A DNA stretch of 64,000 nt from an uncultured Bdellovibrionales bacterium. GTDB lineage: Bacteria; Bdellovibrionota_C; UBA2361; SZUA-149; DAOLCO01. A program made the translations under genes and the position numbers. The notes under the pieces are model-generated. The model ran no database searches and was not told the DNA's origin. It worked only from the letters and a program-made list of their open reading frames with translations. Positions 1-8,585 of the stretch are shown piece by piece; position 1 is the stretch's first letter; each line of letters begins with the position of its first letter. The stretch spans positions 34,353 through 98,352 of the forward strand of contig CAZTBW010000004.1 of assembly GCA_964612555.1 (NCBI GenBank). The letters are read 5' to 3'.

Positions 1-357
1 ACTCGCAATAGCACTTGCACATGCCGCAGTCCCATCTCCTCCAATCGCCACAAGATAACCAATAGAGTGGTCTCTAAGAATTCTGTCAATATTCTCCATC
101 ATATCAGGATATGCTCTGGGATTTGAACGAGAAGTCGCCAGAATGGAACCACCATCTCGATGTACCCACGCCACTTCTTCTATACTGAGCTTCTGAATAC
201 AGGAAACATCACCCGCTGCAATTCTCTTAAATCCATGCCGGATACCATAGACCTCATGACCATTATTTATGGCTTCAATGGTCACAGCGCTGATCACTCC
301 ATTAATTCCCGGAGCGGGACCTCCCCCAACTACAATACCAAATGCTTTTTTTTTCAT
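1..357 (-). CDS. pfk: 6-phosphofructokinase (ATP- or PPi-dependent), first 119 codons; the gene runs off the window start
   Basis: My own minus-strand translation (absent from the ORF track because there is no stop in the window): MKKKAFGIVVGGGPAPGINGVISAV...GGSILATSR...IGGDGT, which are the diagnostic PFK motifs. The ATG at 357-355 overlaps the upstream stop as ATGA. Confidence 0.85.
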   Translation of the reverse strand, partial: MKKKAFGIVVGGGPAPGINGVISAVTIEAINNGHEVYGIRHGFKRIAAGDVSCIQKLSIEEVAWVHRDGGSILATSRSNPRAYPDMMENIDRILRDHSIGYLVAIGGDGTAACASAIAS

Positions 358-1772
358 TTCGCTACACCTTCTGCCTGCTTAACGAGTAATTTGATCTTCT
401 CATAATAGATAAAAACCGAAAGACTCAGGGCACAATAAAGCCAGAAAGGTGGGTAATATGCAATAGATATACCAAGGGCGGACATTAACATTCCAAACCA
501 CGAAGAAAAAATCACAGGGGATAAATTTCTTATAAAAGTTATTTCTTTATGAAGACGCATGAGTAGCTTGTAAGAATACTCGGGAATCCTTTCGTCTTTC
601 TTCAACTTCTTGCCTGCCTCTTCCCGTTTATAGATAACTCTTTCCAAAAGCTTCTCAAGCTCAGCACTTTCCTTAAAAATTCCCCTGAGCATTAAAAGGC
701 TGCTCACTACCAAAGTGGCAAATAGCAGAACCCCGTATACACCCAAGTCTCCCAACAGCTGAAAGTAAAAAGAATGGGTAGACCTGCCTCGCAAACTCTT
801 CACATAGGTACCCGCTGCCGAATCTTCATAATCACCAAGGTTAAAACGGGAGTTTTCCAGACCTACACCAAAGAGAGTATTCTTCGGGTCAAGCCACATT
901 TTGGTAACAATCGACCAAGTATCAAGACGTTCCTGAATGGTTCCGGAACCTTGCTGGGATTCGACCTTGATAGACTCGACTTCCCCCCAAAAATCTTGTG
1001 GAACAAAAGGTAGTGATGCAAGACCAAGCACAAAAGCACTTGCTATCCAGACCCCCTTTCTTCGTGACATCAGGAAAAAAACTATCAGCACGGCAAAAAG
1101 CCCAAGATAACCTCCCCTTGATTTTGTCATTATTATACCCAGAAGAAGAAAGAAGGCAGACCCAAGGGACATAATGCGAACAATCATATTTTTGTTTATC
1201 GTGATAAGAAAGAAAGGATAAGGCAACAAACTGACCAGTAAAAGACAGTGATCATTTTCATCATGAAGATAGCCCCCTGGACCAAACCCCGCATGAGTAA
1301 TAGACCACAATCCAAGAAGCCCACCCATAAAGACAAAAGTTACAATAAGCAATCTGAGCCCTTTACCATTTGAATAAATTGAAATCAAAGGAACTATTAA
1401 GGACAAAAAATAAATCAACAACAACTGCCAGATTTCAAACTGCCATTTATCATTTACCACCATATCGGGAAACACAGTGTACCCCAGAACTCCTCGTGCC
1501 CCCTCAATAAACAGAACCAGAACGTAAAGCTTTACCAGAAGATATTTTTTCACTTTCACAAGAAAAGGAATAAAAATAAAGCAAAGCAGAAAAGAAATTA
1601 CTCCCGGAAGTCGTATTATGCCCAGGACTTTGATTCCCGGAAAATTATGAAATTGAAATACAAGAAAAAGAATGTGAACATAAAAAAGATAAATCAACGC
1701 GAGAGGAACATTGTTACCCTGCAATGTCCGAACAATACCATGATTAACTTTTTTCCATTGATCCAGACTCAC
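354..1772 (-). CDS. Wzy_C / O-antigen-ligase-like polytopic membrane protein
   Basis: 472 aa with many TM helices and a Wzy_C-like core (IIMTKSRGGYLGLFAVLIVFFL). GTG start at 1772. The stop overlaps the pfk start. Confidence 0.6.
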   Translation of the reverse strand: MSLDQWKKVNHGIVRTLQGNNVPLALIYLFYVHILFLVFQFHNFPGIKVLGIIRLPGVISFLLCFIFIPFLVKVKKYLLVKLYVLVLFIEGARGVLGYTVFPDMVVNDKWQFEIWQLLLIYFLSLIVPLISIYSNGKGLRLLIVTFVFMGGLLGLWSITHAGFGPGGYLHDENDHCLLLVSLLPYPFFLITINKNMIVRIMSLGSAFFLLLGIIMTKSRGGYLGLFAVLIVFFLMSRRKGVWIASAFVLGLASLPFVPQDFWGEVESIKVESQQGSGTIQERLDTWSIVTKMWLDPKNTLFGVGLENSRFNLGDYEDSAAGTYVKSLRGRSTHSFYFQLLGDLGVYGVLLFATLVVSSLLMLRGIFKESAELEKLLERVIYKREEAGKKLKKDERIPEYSYKLLMRLHKEITFIRNLSPVIFSSWFGMLMSALGISIAYYPPFWLYCALSLSVFIYYEKIKLLVKQAEGVAK

Positions 1773-1778
1773 GAGAAA

Positions 1779-2732
1779 CTACTTTCTAATAATCATTATA
1801 AATGAAGGTGATATTACCGTCCCTGTTATAGCAAAAAAGAGTTTTGACAAACAGTTAATAATTCGTCCATATATTCGACCAAAAAGCCCCTTTCCATGAA
1901 GCACTTTTGAAGGAAATATTTCTACTCGAGAAAATCCCTGATTCCCAAAAGCTACACTCAGAAAGCCTGCCCGTAAAACATATATATGCTCAGGATTAAA
2001 AGAGGCAATTTCGTGAGACGCCTTTTTTGCTCTTTGCAACAAACTCTCCAAAAAAATATAAAAATACTTGTTAGGTCCACGATATACGATCATGCCATCA
2101 TCACGCAGACATGTCTTAATGCCTCCCAATGCCTCCTGAAGTTTCTTTTCATAATAGAGTACATCCAGTAACAGAATTACATCAAATTTTTCTTCTACAT
2201 CAAGATCAGAAATTCCCTGATTACGTACTTTAAATCCCTTGGAACGAGCCAGATCACAGCTCACAGAAGAAATATCACTCACTGTAATATCAAGGTCGGG
2301 TCTTTTTTCACGGAGCATGGTGGCAAAAATTCCCGTTGCACCTCCAACATCGAGAACTTTCGCACCCCGGGGAGCAGCTCTTACTACAATATCACACAAC
2401 TCATTAAATATATCCTGCCTTTCAAGAAGAAAATATCCATCATCTTTATACGCTTCTTCAAAATGCTCCTTAATATAAGAATCATCAATCAGAATGTCAG
2501 AGTACACCAGGGAACAGGAAGAACACTCTCTAAGGCGTATCAGATTACTGTAATATAGATATTGACCACGAACGATGTAATCTCCAGATTCACAAAAAGG
2601 ACAGGTGGATCTCCATTCGGAAGGAACAGAGGTAATACTGAAAGAATCTACAAGAGGTATCCAATATTCGAAGACTTTTTCAAATCCCTTATTTGCTAAC
2701 AAAAGCTCTTTTTTTTGAGAAGAGATACTCAT
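1779..2732 (-). CDS. class I SAM-dependent methyltransferase with an N-terminal CxxC...CxxC zinc-ribbon-like segment
   Basis: SAM motif I VLDVGGATGIFA. N-terminus has CPFCESGDY...CSSCSL. Lies 6 nt upstream of the next gene. Confidence 0.75.
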   Translation of the reverse strand: MSISSQKKELLLANKGFEKVFEYWIPLVDSFSITSVPSEWRSTCPFCESGDYIVRGQYLYYSNLIRLRECSSCSLVYSDILIDDSYIKEHFEEAYKDDGYFLLERQDIFNELCDIVVRAAPRGAKVLDVGGATGIFATMLREKRPDLDITVSDISSVSCDLARSKGFKVRNQGISDLDVEEKFDVILLLDVLYYEKKLQEALGGIKTCLRDDGMIVYRGPNKYFYIFLESLLQRAKKASHEIASFNPEHIYVLRAGFLSVAFGNQGFSRVEIFPSKVLHGKGLFGRIYGRIINCLSKLFFAITGTVISPSFIMIIRK

Positions 2733-2748
2733 TAAAGATTCCAGCTGA

Positions 2749-3516
2749 TTAAGCGGCAGTTACATTAAAACCGCCATCAACATAATGAATCTCTCCTGTC
2801 ACCCCTCTGGATAAATCTGAAAGAAAATATAAGGATGATGCACCAACGTCCTCAATAGTGATGAGCTGCCTCATGGGTGAACGCGCTTCAAAATGATTCA
2901 AAAGTTCCCTGAAGTCAGCAATACCTGATGCGGCAAGAGTCTTGATCGGTCCCGCTGAAATGCAATTTACCCGAATCTTTTTAGGTCCCAGATCGACCGC
3001 AAGCTCTTTAACACACGCCTCAAGCGCAGCTTTTGCAACCCCCATAACACGATAATGAGGAACTACCTTCTCAGCTCCAAAATAACTCATGGTAATAATG
3101 CTGCCACCCTGAGGCATCAAGGACTCAGCTCGTTGGGTAACCGCAACCAGAGAGTAAGCACTGACATCCATTGCAAGCTTGAACCCATCCCGGGAGGTCT
3201 GACTAAAAGGACTTCTAAGATCGTCCGTACTCGCATATGCAACAGAATGAACCACAAAATCCAGAGCACCCCATCTCTCCCTTACCGAGTTGAAACATTC
3301 ATCAATCTCTTCATCACTTTGCACATCACACTTTAGAATAAAATCCGAACCAAGAGATTCAGCAAGTGGCTCAACCCGCTTTTTAAGGGAATCATTAAGA
3401 TAAGTAAAAGCTAACTCTGCGCCTTCATTTCTTGCGGCCTGAGCAATACCCCACGCAATGCTTTTATTGTTCGCAAGCCCAAAAACTAAACCACGTTTAC
3501 CTGAAAGGAGCCCCAT
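2749..3516 (-). CDS. fabI: enoyl-[acyl-carrier-protein] reductase (NADH), FabI
   Basis: MGLLSGKRGLVFGLANNKSIAWGIAQA is a typical FabI N-terminus. SDR fold with the YxxxxxxK region (HYRVMGVAKAALEA). 255 aa. Confidence 0.9.
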   Translation of the reverse strand: MGLLSGKRGLVFGLANNKSIAWGIAQAARNEGAELAFTYLNDSLKKRVEPLAESLGSDFILKCDVQSDEEIDECFNSVRERWGALDFVVHSVAYASTDDLRSPFSQTSRDGFKLAMDVSAYSLVAVTQRAESLMPQGGSIITMSYFGAEKVVPHYRVMGVAKAALEACVKELAVDLGPKKIRVNCISAGPIKTLAASGIADFRELLNHFEARSPMRQLITIEDVGASSLYFLSDLSRGVTGEIHYVDGGFNVTAA

Positions 3517-3572
3517 GTTGTTCGAATCCTGAATATCTCCTGTATGTATAAAACCCAGATTTCAGGTGCAAT

Positions 3573-4091
3573 CTATTCAGCAGATGAAGTATCAGCAGTT
3601 TGAGATGCTGCCTTCTCGCTTGTTACAGACTCTGTAGGAGGCACTGAAGATCTGGAAACTCTTCTTTTTCTGGTTTTCTCTTCCCCTTTTTTCCCAACGG
3701 CACCCGCTTCAACAAAACCAATATATGCCATTTGAGCTTTATCCCCGGGACGCACCCGAGTGCGAATCACACGGGTATAACCACCACTGCGCTCGGCATA
3801 ACGAGGTGCAATATCGGTAAAGAGCTTGTGAACCGCAGTCCATTTTTCTTTATTATCCTTTGCCTCTCTGTTTATAGGCATAAGATAAGACATTGCCCTT
3901 CTTCTGTTATGAAGAGAATCGGTTTTCCCAACCGTTACGAGCTTATCTATCACCTTCTTAAGCTCTTTCGCTTTGGGAAGAGTTGTTTCTATCCTCTCAT
4001 GCAGGACAAGTGATGTCGCAAGATTTCTGAACATCGCACGTCTGTGTGCAGGGGTTCTACTGAATTTTCTAAATGCTTTTTTATGTCTCAT
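3573..4091 (-). CDS. rplQ: 50S ribosomal protein L17 (bL17) with a low-complexity C-terminal tail
   Basis: MRHKKAFRKFSRTPAHRRAMFRNLATSL matches L17. It sits after rpoA as expected. Confidence 0.95.
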   Translation of the reverse strand: MRHKKAFRKFSRTPAHRRAMFRNLATSLVLHERIETTLPKAKELKKVIDKLVTVGKTDSLHNRRRAMSYLMPINREAKDNKEKWTAVHKLFTDIAPRYAERSGGYTRVIRTRVRPGDKAQMAYIGFVEAGAVGKKGEEKTRKRRVSRSSVPPTESVTSEKAASQTADTSSAE

Positions 4092-4106
4092 AACAACTTT
4101 TCCAGT

Positions 4107-5129
4107 TTACTCTAAAGAACTTAAACCTGCCTGCTCAACCATTTTATCCAGCTCCACTCTTGAAGGGAAGCCTTCAACTCTCATACCCAAACCAAGTCCC
4201 ATTTCAGTAAGAATTTCTTTAATTTCATTTAAAGACTTTCTACCAAAATTCTTGGTTCGAAGCATTTCATTTTCAGAACGCATGACCAATTCACCGATAT
4301 ACTTGATATTGGCATTTTCAAGACAGTTTGAAGATCGAACACTAAGCTCAAGCTCATCAATTCGTCTAAACAGATTTTCGTTAAATTTAGGTCCTTCTTC
4401 CTTAACCTCTTCTTTAACTTCGTGCACCACTTCCTCATCTCCAACGAAGACATTTAGTTGATCACGAAGAATGATAGCAGCGCCGGTCACCGCATCTTCA
4501 GCACTGATACTGTTATCAGTCCATACTTCAAGAGACAATTTATCGTAATCGGTTTGTTGTCCGACACGTGCATTGGTAACCACATAGTTAACTTTCCTTA
4601 CAGGAGAGTAGAAGGCATCAATAAAGATTGTCCCTACAGGAGCGTCGTCAGTCTTAAGCTGTTCCGACGGCACATATCCTCTCCCAACCCGTGCATCCAG
4701 TTCTATCTTAAGAGCACCTTCTTCATTCAAGGTTGCAATATGAAGATCAGGGTTGAGTACTTTAGTGAAACCTTCTGCCTGTAACATTCCGGCAGTAACC
4801 TCAATCGGACCCTTAACATCAAGAGTTAAAGTAGCGGACTCTTTCTCACCAAGATCAAGAATAACTTCTTTAATGTTAAGAATGATCTCGGTAACATCTT
4901 CTGTACAACCAGTAACAGTTGAAAACTCATGCTTCACTCCTTCAATCCGAAGTGCAGTAACCGCAGCACCCGGAAGAGAAGACAACAAAGTCCTCCGAAG
5001 ACTGTTCCCGATAGTTGTTCCAAAACCTCTTTCGAGAGGAGCAAGAACAAACTTGCCATATCGTTCGCTGAGGTCTTCTGAATCAACTTTTCGAGGTTTA
5101 ATGATGTCTTTTAAGAGATGCTTATGCAT
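4107..5129 (-). CDS. rpoA: DNA-directed RNA polymerase subunit alpha
   Basis: 340 aa containing LERGFGTTIGNSLRRTLLSS and a C-terminal domain (LELSVRSSNCLENANIKYIGEL). Confidence 0.97.
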   Translation of the reverse strand: MHKHLLKDIIKPRKVDSEDLSERYGKFVLAPLERGFGTTIGNSLRRTLLSSLPGAAVTALRIEGVKHEFSTVTGCTEDVTEIILNIKEVILDLGEKESATLTLDVKGPIEVTAGMLQAEGFTKVLNPDLHIATLNEEGALKIELDARVGRGYVPSEQLKTDDAPVGTIFIDAFYSPVRKVNYVVTNARVGQQTDYDKLSLEVWTDNSISAEDAVTGAAIILRDQLNVFVGDEEVVHEVKEEVKEEGPKFNENLFRRIDELELSVRSSNCLENANIKYIGELVMRSENEMLRTKNFGRKSLNEIKEILTEMGLGLGMRVEGFPSRVELDKMVEQAGLSSLE

Positions 5130-5246
5130 GGCAATCCTTTATAACTCCGTTCTTTAAATGTGTTCCAAAAATATGTTCTAAACTCTAGTAAAAAATAACC
5201 CAATCCGAAAAAACACCCCCCAAAAAACCAAGGGGAAAAACAGCCA

Positions 5247-5873
5247 CTACTTGGAATAAAGCTCCACCACCAGCTGCTCTTTCATAGTGGATGGAAGCTG
5301 ATCTCTTGTTGGCAGATCCCTTACCACTGCCTGAAAATCAGACTTTTGAAGCTCTATCCAGTCAGGAACCTTCCGGGACTCAACCTGCGTGAGAGACTCG
5401 GCAATTCTTACATTACTTCTGGAACGCTCCTTAACCGTAATAACATCACCAGGCTGTAAACGATATGAAGGAATATTCACTTTCTTTCCATTAACAAGAA
5501 AATGACCGTGAGAAACCATCTGTCTTGCTTCTGCACGTGAACTTGAAAAACCGGCTCTGTACACCATATTGTCGAACCTGCTCTCAAGAAGTCTCAGAAG
5601 ATTGGTACCGGTAACCCCCTTCATCCTGTCTGCATCATGAAAATTTCTTCTAAACTGTTTTTCGAGAAGCCCGTAAGTTCTTTTAATCTTCTGCTTCTCA
5701 CGCAGCTGTATTTTGTACTCTGAAAACTTGCCACGCGCTCTACTGTGCTGCCCAGGCTGACCTTCTCTCTTTTCCATCGCACACTTGTTTGTGTAGCAAC
5801 GATCCCCTTTAAGAAAAAGCTTCTCACCTTCTCTTCTACAAAGCCTGCAAACTGATCCACAATAACGTGCCAT
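5247..5873 (-). CDS. rpsD: 30S ribosomal protein S4
   Basis: MARYCGSVCRLCRREGEKLFLKGDRC is an S4 N-terminus. Operon position fits. Confidence 0.96.
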   Translation of the reverse strand: MARYCGSVCRLCRREGEKLFLKGDRCYTNKCAMEKREGQPGQHSRARGKFSEYKIQLREKQKIKRTYGLLEKQFRRNFHDADRMKGVTGTNLLRLLESRFDNMVYRAGFSSSRAEARQMVSHGHFLVNGKKVNIPSYRLQPGDVITVKERSRSNVRIAESLTQVESRKVPDWIELQKSDFQAVVRDLPTRDQLPSTMKEQLVVELYSK

Positions 5874-5948
5874 ATAACTTCTCTTCTTCTATTTATTCAC
5901 TATGTACTGCTTGATACCCGATGTTCTTAATATACTCTCTTACTACAC

Positions 5949-6347
5949 TTACACCCTTCTTCTTTTCTTTGGTCTGCAACCATTATGAGGGATAGGAGTA
6001 AGATCCCTGATAGAAGTAATGGCAAGACCTGCCGCCTGAAGCGCACGCAGTGCCGATTCTCTCCCCGAACCCGGTCCTCTTAAAAGCACAGATGCGGTTC
6101 TCAGACCTGATTCCATCGCAACTTCAGCAGCTTTCGTAGCAGCAATCTGCGCCGCAAAAGGAGTGGACTTTCTCGAACCCTTAAAACCATTACAACCGGA
6201 ACTTGACCACGAAATAACACCTCCGGACGGATCCGTTATGGTAACAATAGTATTGTTAAAAGTTGCCCGGATATGCGCAACTCCCACAGGCACATTCCTT
6301 GATTTATTCTTCTTCTTTTTCAGTCCCGCTTTTTTTTCTGCTGCCAT
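5949..6347 (-). CDS. rpsK: 30S ribosomal protein S11
   Basis: [22 protein letters not shown] is the S11 signature region. Confidence 0.96.
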   Translation of the reverse strand: MAAEKKAGLKKKKNKSRNVPVGVAHIRATFNNTIVTITDPSGGVISWSSSGCNGFKGSRKSTPFAAQIAATKAAEVAMESGLRTASVLLRGPGSGRESALRALQAAGLAITSIRDLTPIPHNGCRPKKRRRV

Positions 6348-6393
6348 CTTAATTCAGTATTACGTTAAATGTTTAATAACTTTGTTTTAATTG

Positions 6394-6777
6394 CTATTTT
6401 TTAGTTGCTACTTTTTTGCCCGGAACAGTTCCCTTTCTTGGACCTTTTCTGGTTCTTGCATTGGTGTTTGTCCTCTGACCACGTACCGGCAGTCCCTTAC
6501 GATGTCTGAGTCCTCTGTAGGTACCCAAATCCATAAGACGCTTTATATTGGAAGCAACCTGACGCCTGACATCCCCTTCAACCGGGTATCCGGACTCTAT
6601 GATTTTACGAATAACACCCACCTGATCTTCAGTGATGTCATCTGATCTTGTTTCAGGTGCAATGCCCGCTTCTTCCAGAATACGCTTAGCCGTAGCTTTC
6701 CCAATACCGACTATATACGTAAGAGCAAAATCCATTCTTTTGTTCCTTGGAAGATCTATACCCGCAATTCGTGCCAT
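6394..6777 (-). CDS. rpsM: 30S ribosomal protein S13
   Basis: [14 protein letters not shown] is an S13 N-terminus. Confidence 0.96.
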   Translation of the reverse strand: MARIAGIDLPRNKRMDFALTYIVGIGKATAKRILEEAGIAPETRSDDITEDQVGVIRKIIESGYPVEGDVRRQVASNIKRLMDLGTYRGLRHRKGLPVRGQRTNTNARTRKGPRKGTVPGKKVATKK

Positions 6778-6834
6778 ACTTCTAGTTCTTTATAATAAAT
6801 AATTCCAATACCTTAGAGAGATAAGCCTCTACCA

Positions 6835-6863
6835 ACATTACATACCGCAATTTGTTACAATAA
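6835..6863 (-). promoter_or_regulatory. candidate sigma70 promoter for the rpsM-rpsK-rpsD-rpoA-rplQ (alpha) block
   Basis: The minus strand reads TTATTG, then 17 nt, then TAATGT, about 55 nt upstream of the rpsM ATG. It lies inside an unusually long 195-nt rpmJ-rpsM spacer. Confidence 0.35.
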
Positions 6864-6972
6864 CAGGATTGCAGGGTTTATAAAAAATACACTAAAAAAG
6901 CAAGTAGTGTCCGAAATTTAAAAGCTTGAAAAGCCCGAAACTTACTAAAAAGAAACATACTAAAAAAACGGG

Positions 6973-7089
6973 TTATCCCTGACGTTGTTTATGCTTGGCA
7001 CTCCGGGTGCAAATAACATATACACGACCTTTTCTCTTAATCACCTTGCAATACTCGCAAATCTTTTTTACTGACGCTCGAACTTTCAT
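6973..7089 (-). CDS. rpmJ: 50S ribosomal protein L36 (38 aa; missed by the ORF track)
   Basis: My own translation: [38 protein letters not shown] followed by a stop. It sits between map and rpsM, the canonical L36 position. Confidence 0.92.
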   Translation of the reverse strand: MKVRASVKKICEYCKVIKRKGRVYVICTRSAKHKQRQG

Positions 7090-7144
7090 ATCAAATACCT
7101 GTAACTAATTAAAATAGCTTGTTTTTTATTTCTAAAACCCATCC

Positions 7145-7174
7145 AATCTCAAATAACCCTTTAATCTCAAATAA
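7145..7174. repeat. 12-nt direct repeat aatctcaaataa x2 (7145-7156 and 7163-7174), period 18
   Basis: Exact copies read directly in the map-rpmJ spacer. Confidence 0.9.
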
Positions 7175-7207
7175 ACTGCTCCCAGGCAGAACTTCAGCCT
7201 ACGAATC

Positions 7208-7978
7208 CTATGGTCTGGAGAGCACCCAGGGTCCCTTCTCAGTAATGGCAACAGTGTGCTCAAAATGGGCGGAAAGACTACCATCACTCGTCACTGCTGT
7301 CCAACAATCCGATAGTACTTTTACATCGAACATACCAGCCGTAACCATCGGCTCGACAGCTAATACCATACCTGCTTTAAGAGGTCTACCTTGCCCGGCT
7401 CTTCCGAAATTAGGTACATGAGGCGGCTCGTGCATGCGTGTGCCTATACCATGCCCCACAAACTCCCTCACCACACCAAAACCCGCTCCCTCCACAAGAC
7501 TCTGCACCGCATGAGAGATATCCCCGATACGGTTACCGGGTCTGCACTGCCCTATTGCATGTTCCAGACTTTCTTCAGTAACACTCAGTAGCTTTTTTGC
7601 GGCATCTGAAATTTCACCCACCGGATAGGTTCTTGCAGAATCACCAAAGAACCCCTCAACGGCACAACCAAAATCAACGCTCAATATATCACCCTCTTTA
7701 AGAGGGACATCATTTGGAATACCATGAACTATCACCTCATTGGGAGAAGCACAGATCACTCCGGGAAAAGGAGCCCCACCTCTTTGAGAACAAGGGTAAT
7801 TCAAAAACGCCGGAACGGCTTTGTTTTTTTCACAAATTTTTCTGGCAACCTCATCAAGCTCCAGAGTGGTCGCTCCAGGTTTAACAAGCTCCTGCAAATG
7901 CTGGTGCACCTCATATACTATCATTGAGGCTTTTCGCATTTTGTCCAGATCAGATGGACTTTTCAGCTGGATACTCAT
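7208..7978 (-). CDS. map: type I methionine aminopeptidase
   Basis: 256 aa with the metal-ligand regions HGIPN, DILSVDFG, GHGIG and MVLAVEPM. Confidence 0.95.
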   Translation of the reverse strand: MSIQLKSPSDLDKMRKASMIVYEVHQHLQELVKPGATTLELDEVARKICEKNKAVPAFLNYPCSQRGGAPFPGVICASPNEVIVHGIPNDVPLKEGDILSVDFGCAVEGFFGDSARTYPVGEISDAAKKLLSVTEESLEHAIGQCRPGNRIGDISHAVQSLVEGAGFGVVREFVGHGIGTRMHEPPHVPNFGRAGQGRPLKAGMVLAVEPMVTAGMFDVKVLSDCWTAVTSDGSLSAHFEHTVAITEKGPWVLSRP

Positions 7979-7987
7979 TGCGATATT

Positions 7988-8581
7988 CTACTTACCTAAC
8001 TCACCTGCAATATCTGAAGCGGCAACTTCCAAAACTCGTCTCTCTACCTCTTCTATAGGAAAGTTTGCATCAACTCGTTTTAATATCGAAAGCCCTTCAT
8101 AGTATTCTATAAGCGGTGCGGTGGAATCTTCATACACACGCAAGCGCTCAAGCTGAGTCTCGGCAGTATCATCAGCACGACTCTCACTCGTTCTTCTTTC
8201 TTCAAGTCTGAAAAAGAGCGCATCTGCGGAAATTTCAAATAAAATTGTTGCGCTGAGCGATAAGCCTTTCTGAGTAAAAAGTGCCTCAAGAGATTTCGCC
8301 TGATTCATGGTACGAGGAAAACCATCAAGCACAAAACCTGATTCGCAATCAGGCATCTCTATGCGTTCCCTGATAAGCTCAATCATAATATCATCAGAGA
8401 CGAGCATCCCCGAATCTACTATCTCTTTAACTTTACCACCAAGCTCCGTCCCCGCTTTCATCGCAGCTCGCAACATATCACCCGTACTGATATGTGCGAG
8501 TGAACGGGACGCACAGAACAGTTTTGCCTGAGTGCCCTTCCCCGCACCCGGAGGTCCCAGAAAAACATATATTTCTTTCAT
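7988..8581 (-). CDS. adk: adenylate kinase (short-LID form, 197 aa)
   Basis: P-loop GPPGAGKGTQ and FVLDGFPRT are present. The LID region is short and has no Cys4. Confidence 0.94.
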   Translation of the reverse strand: MKEIYVFLGPPGAGKGTQAKLFCASRSLAHISTGDMLRAAMKAGTELGGKVKEIVDSGMLVSDDIMIELIRERIEMPDCESGFVLDGFPRTMNQAKSLEALFTQKGLSLSATILFEISADALFFRLEERRTSESRADDTAETQLERLRVYEDSTAPLIEYYEGLSILKRVDANFPIEEVERRVLEVAASDIAGELGK

Positions 8582-8585
8582 GGCA

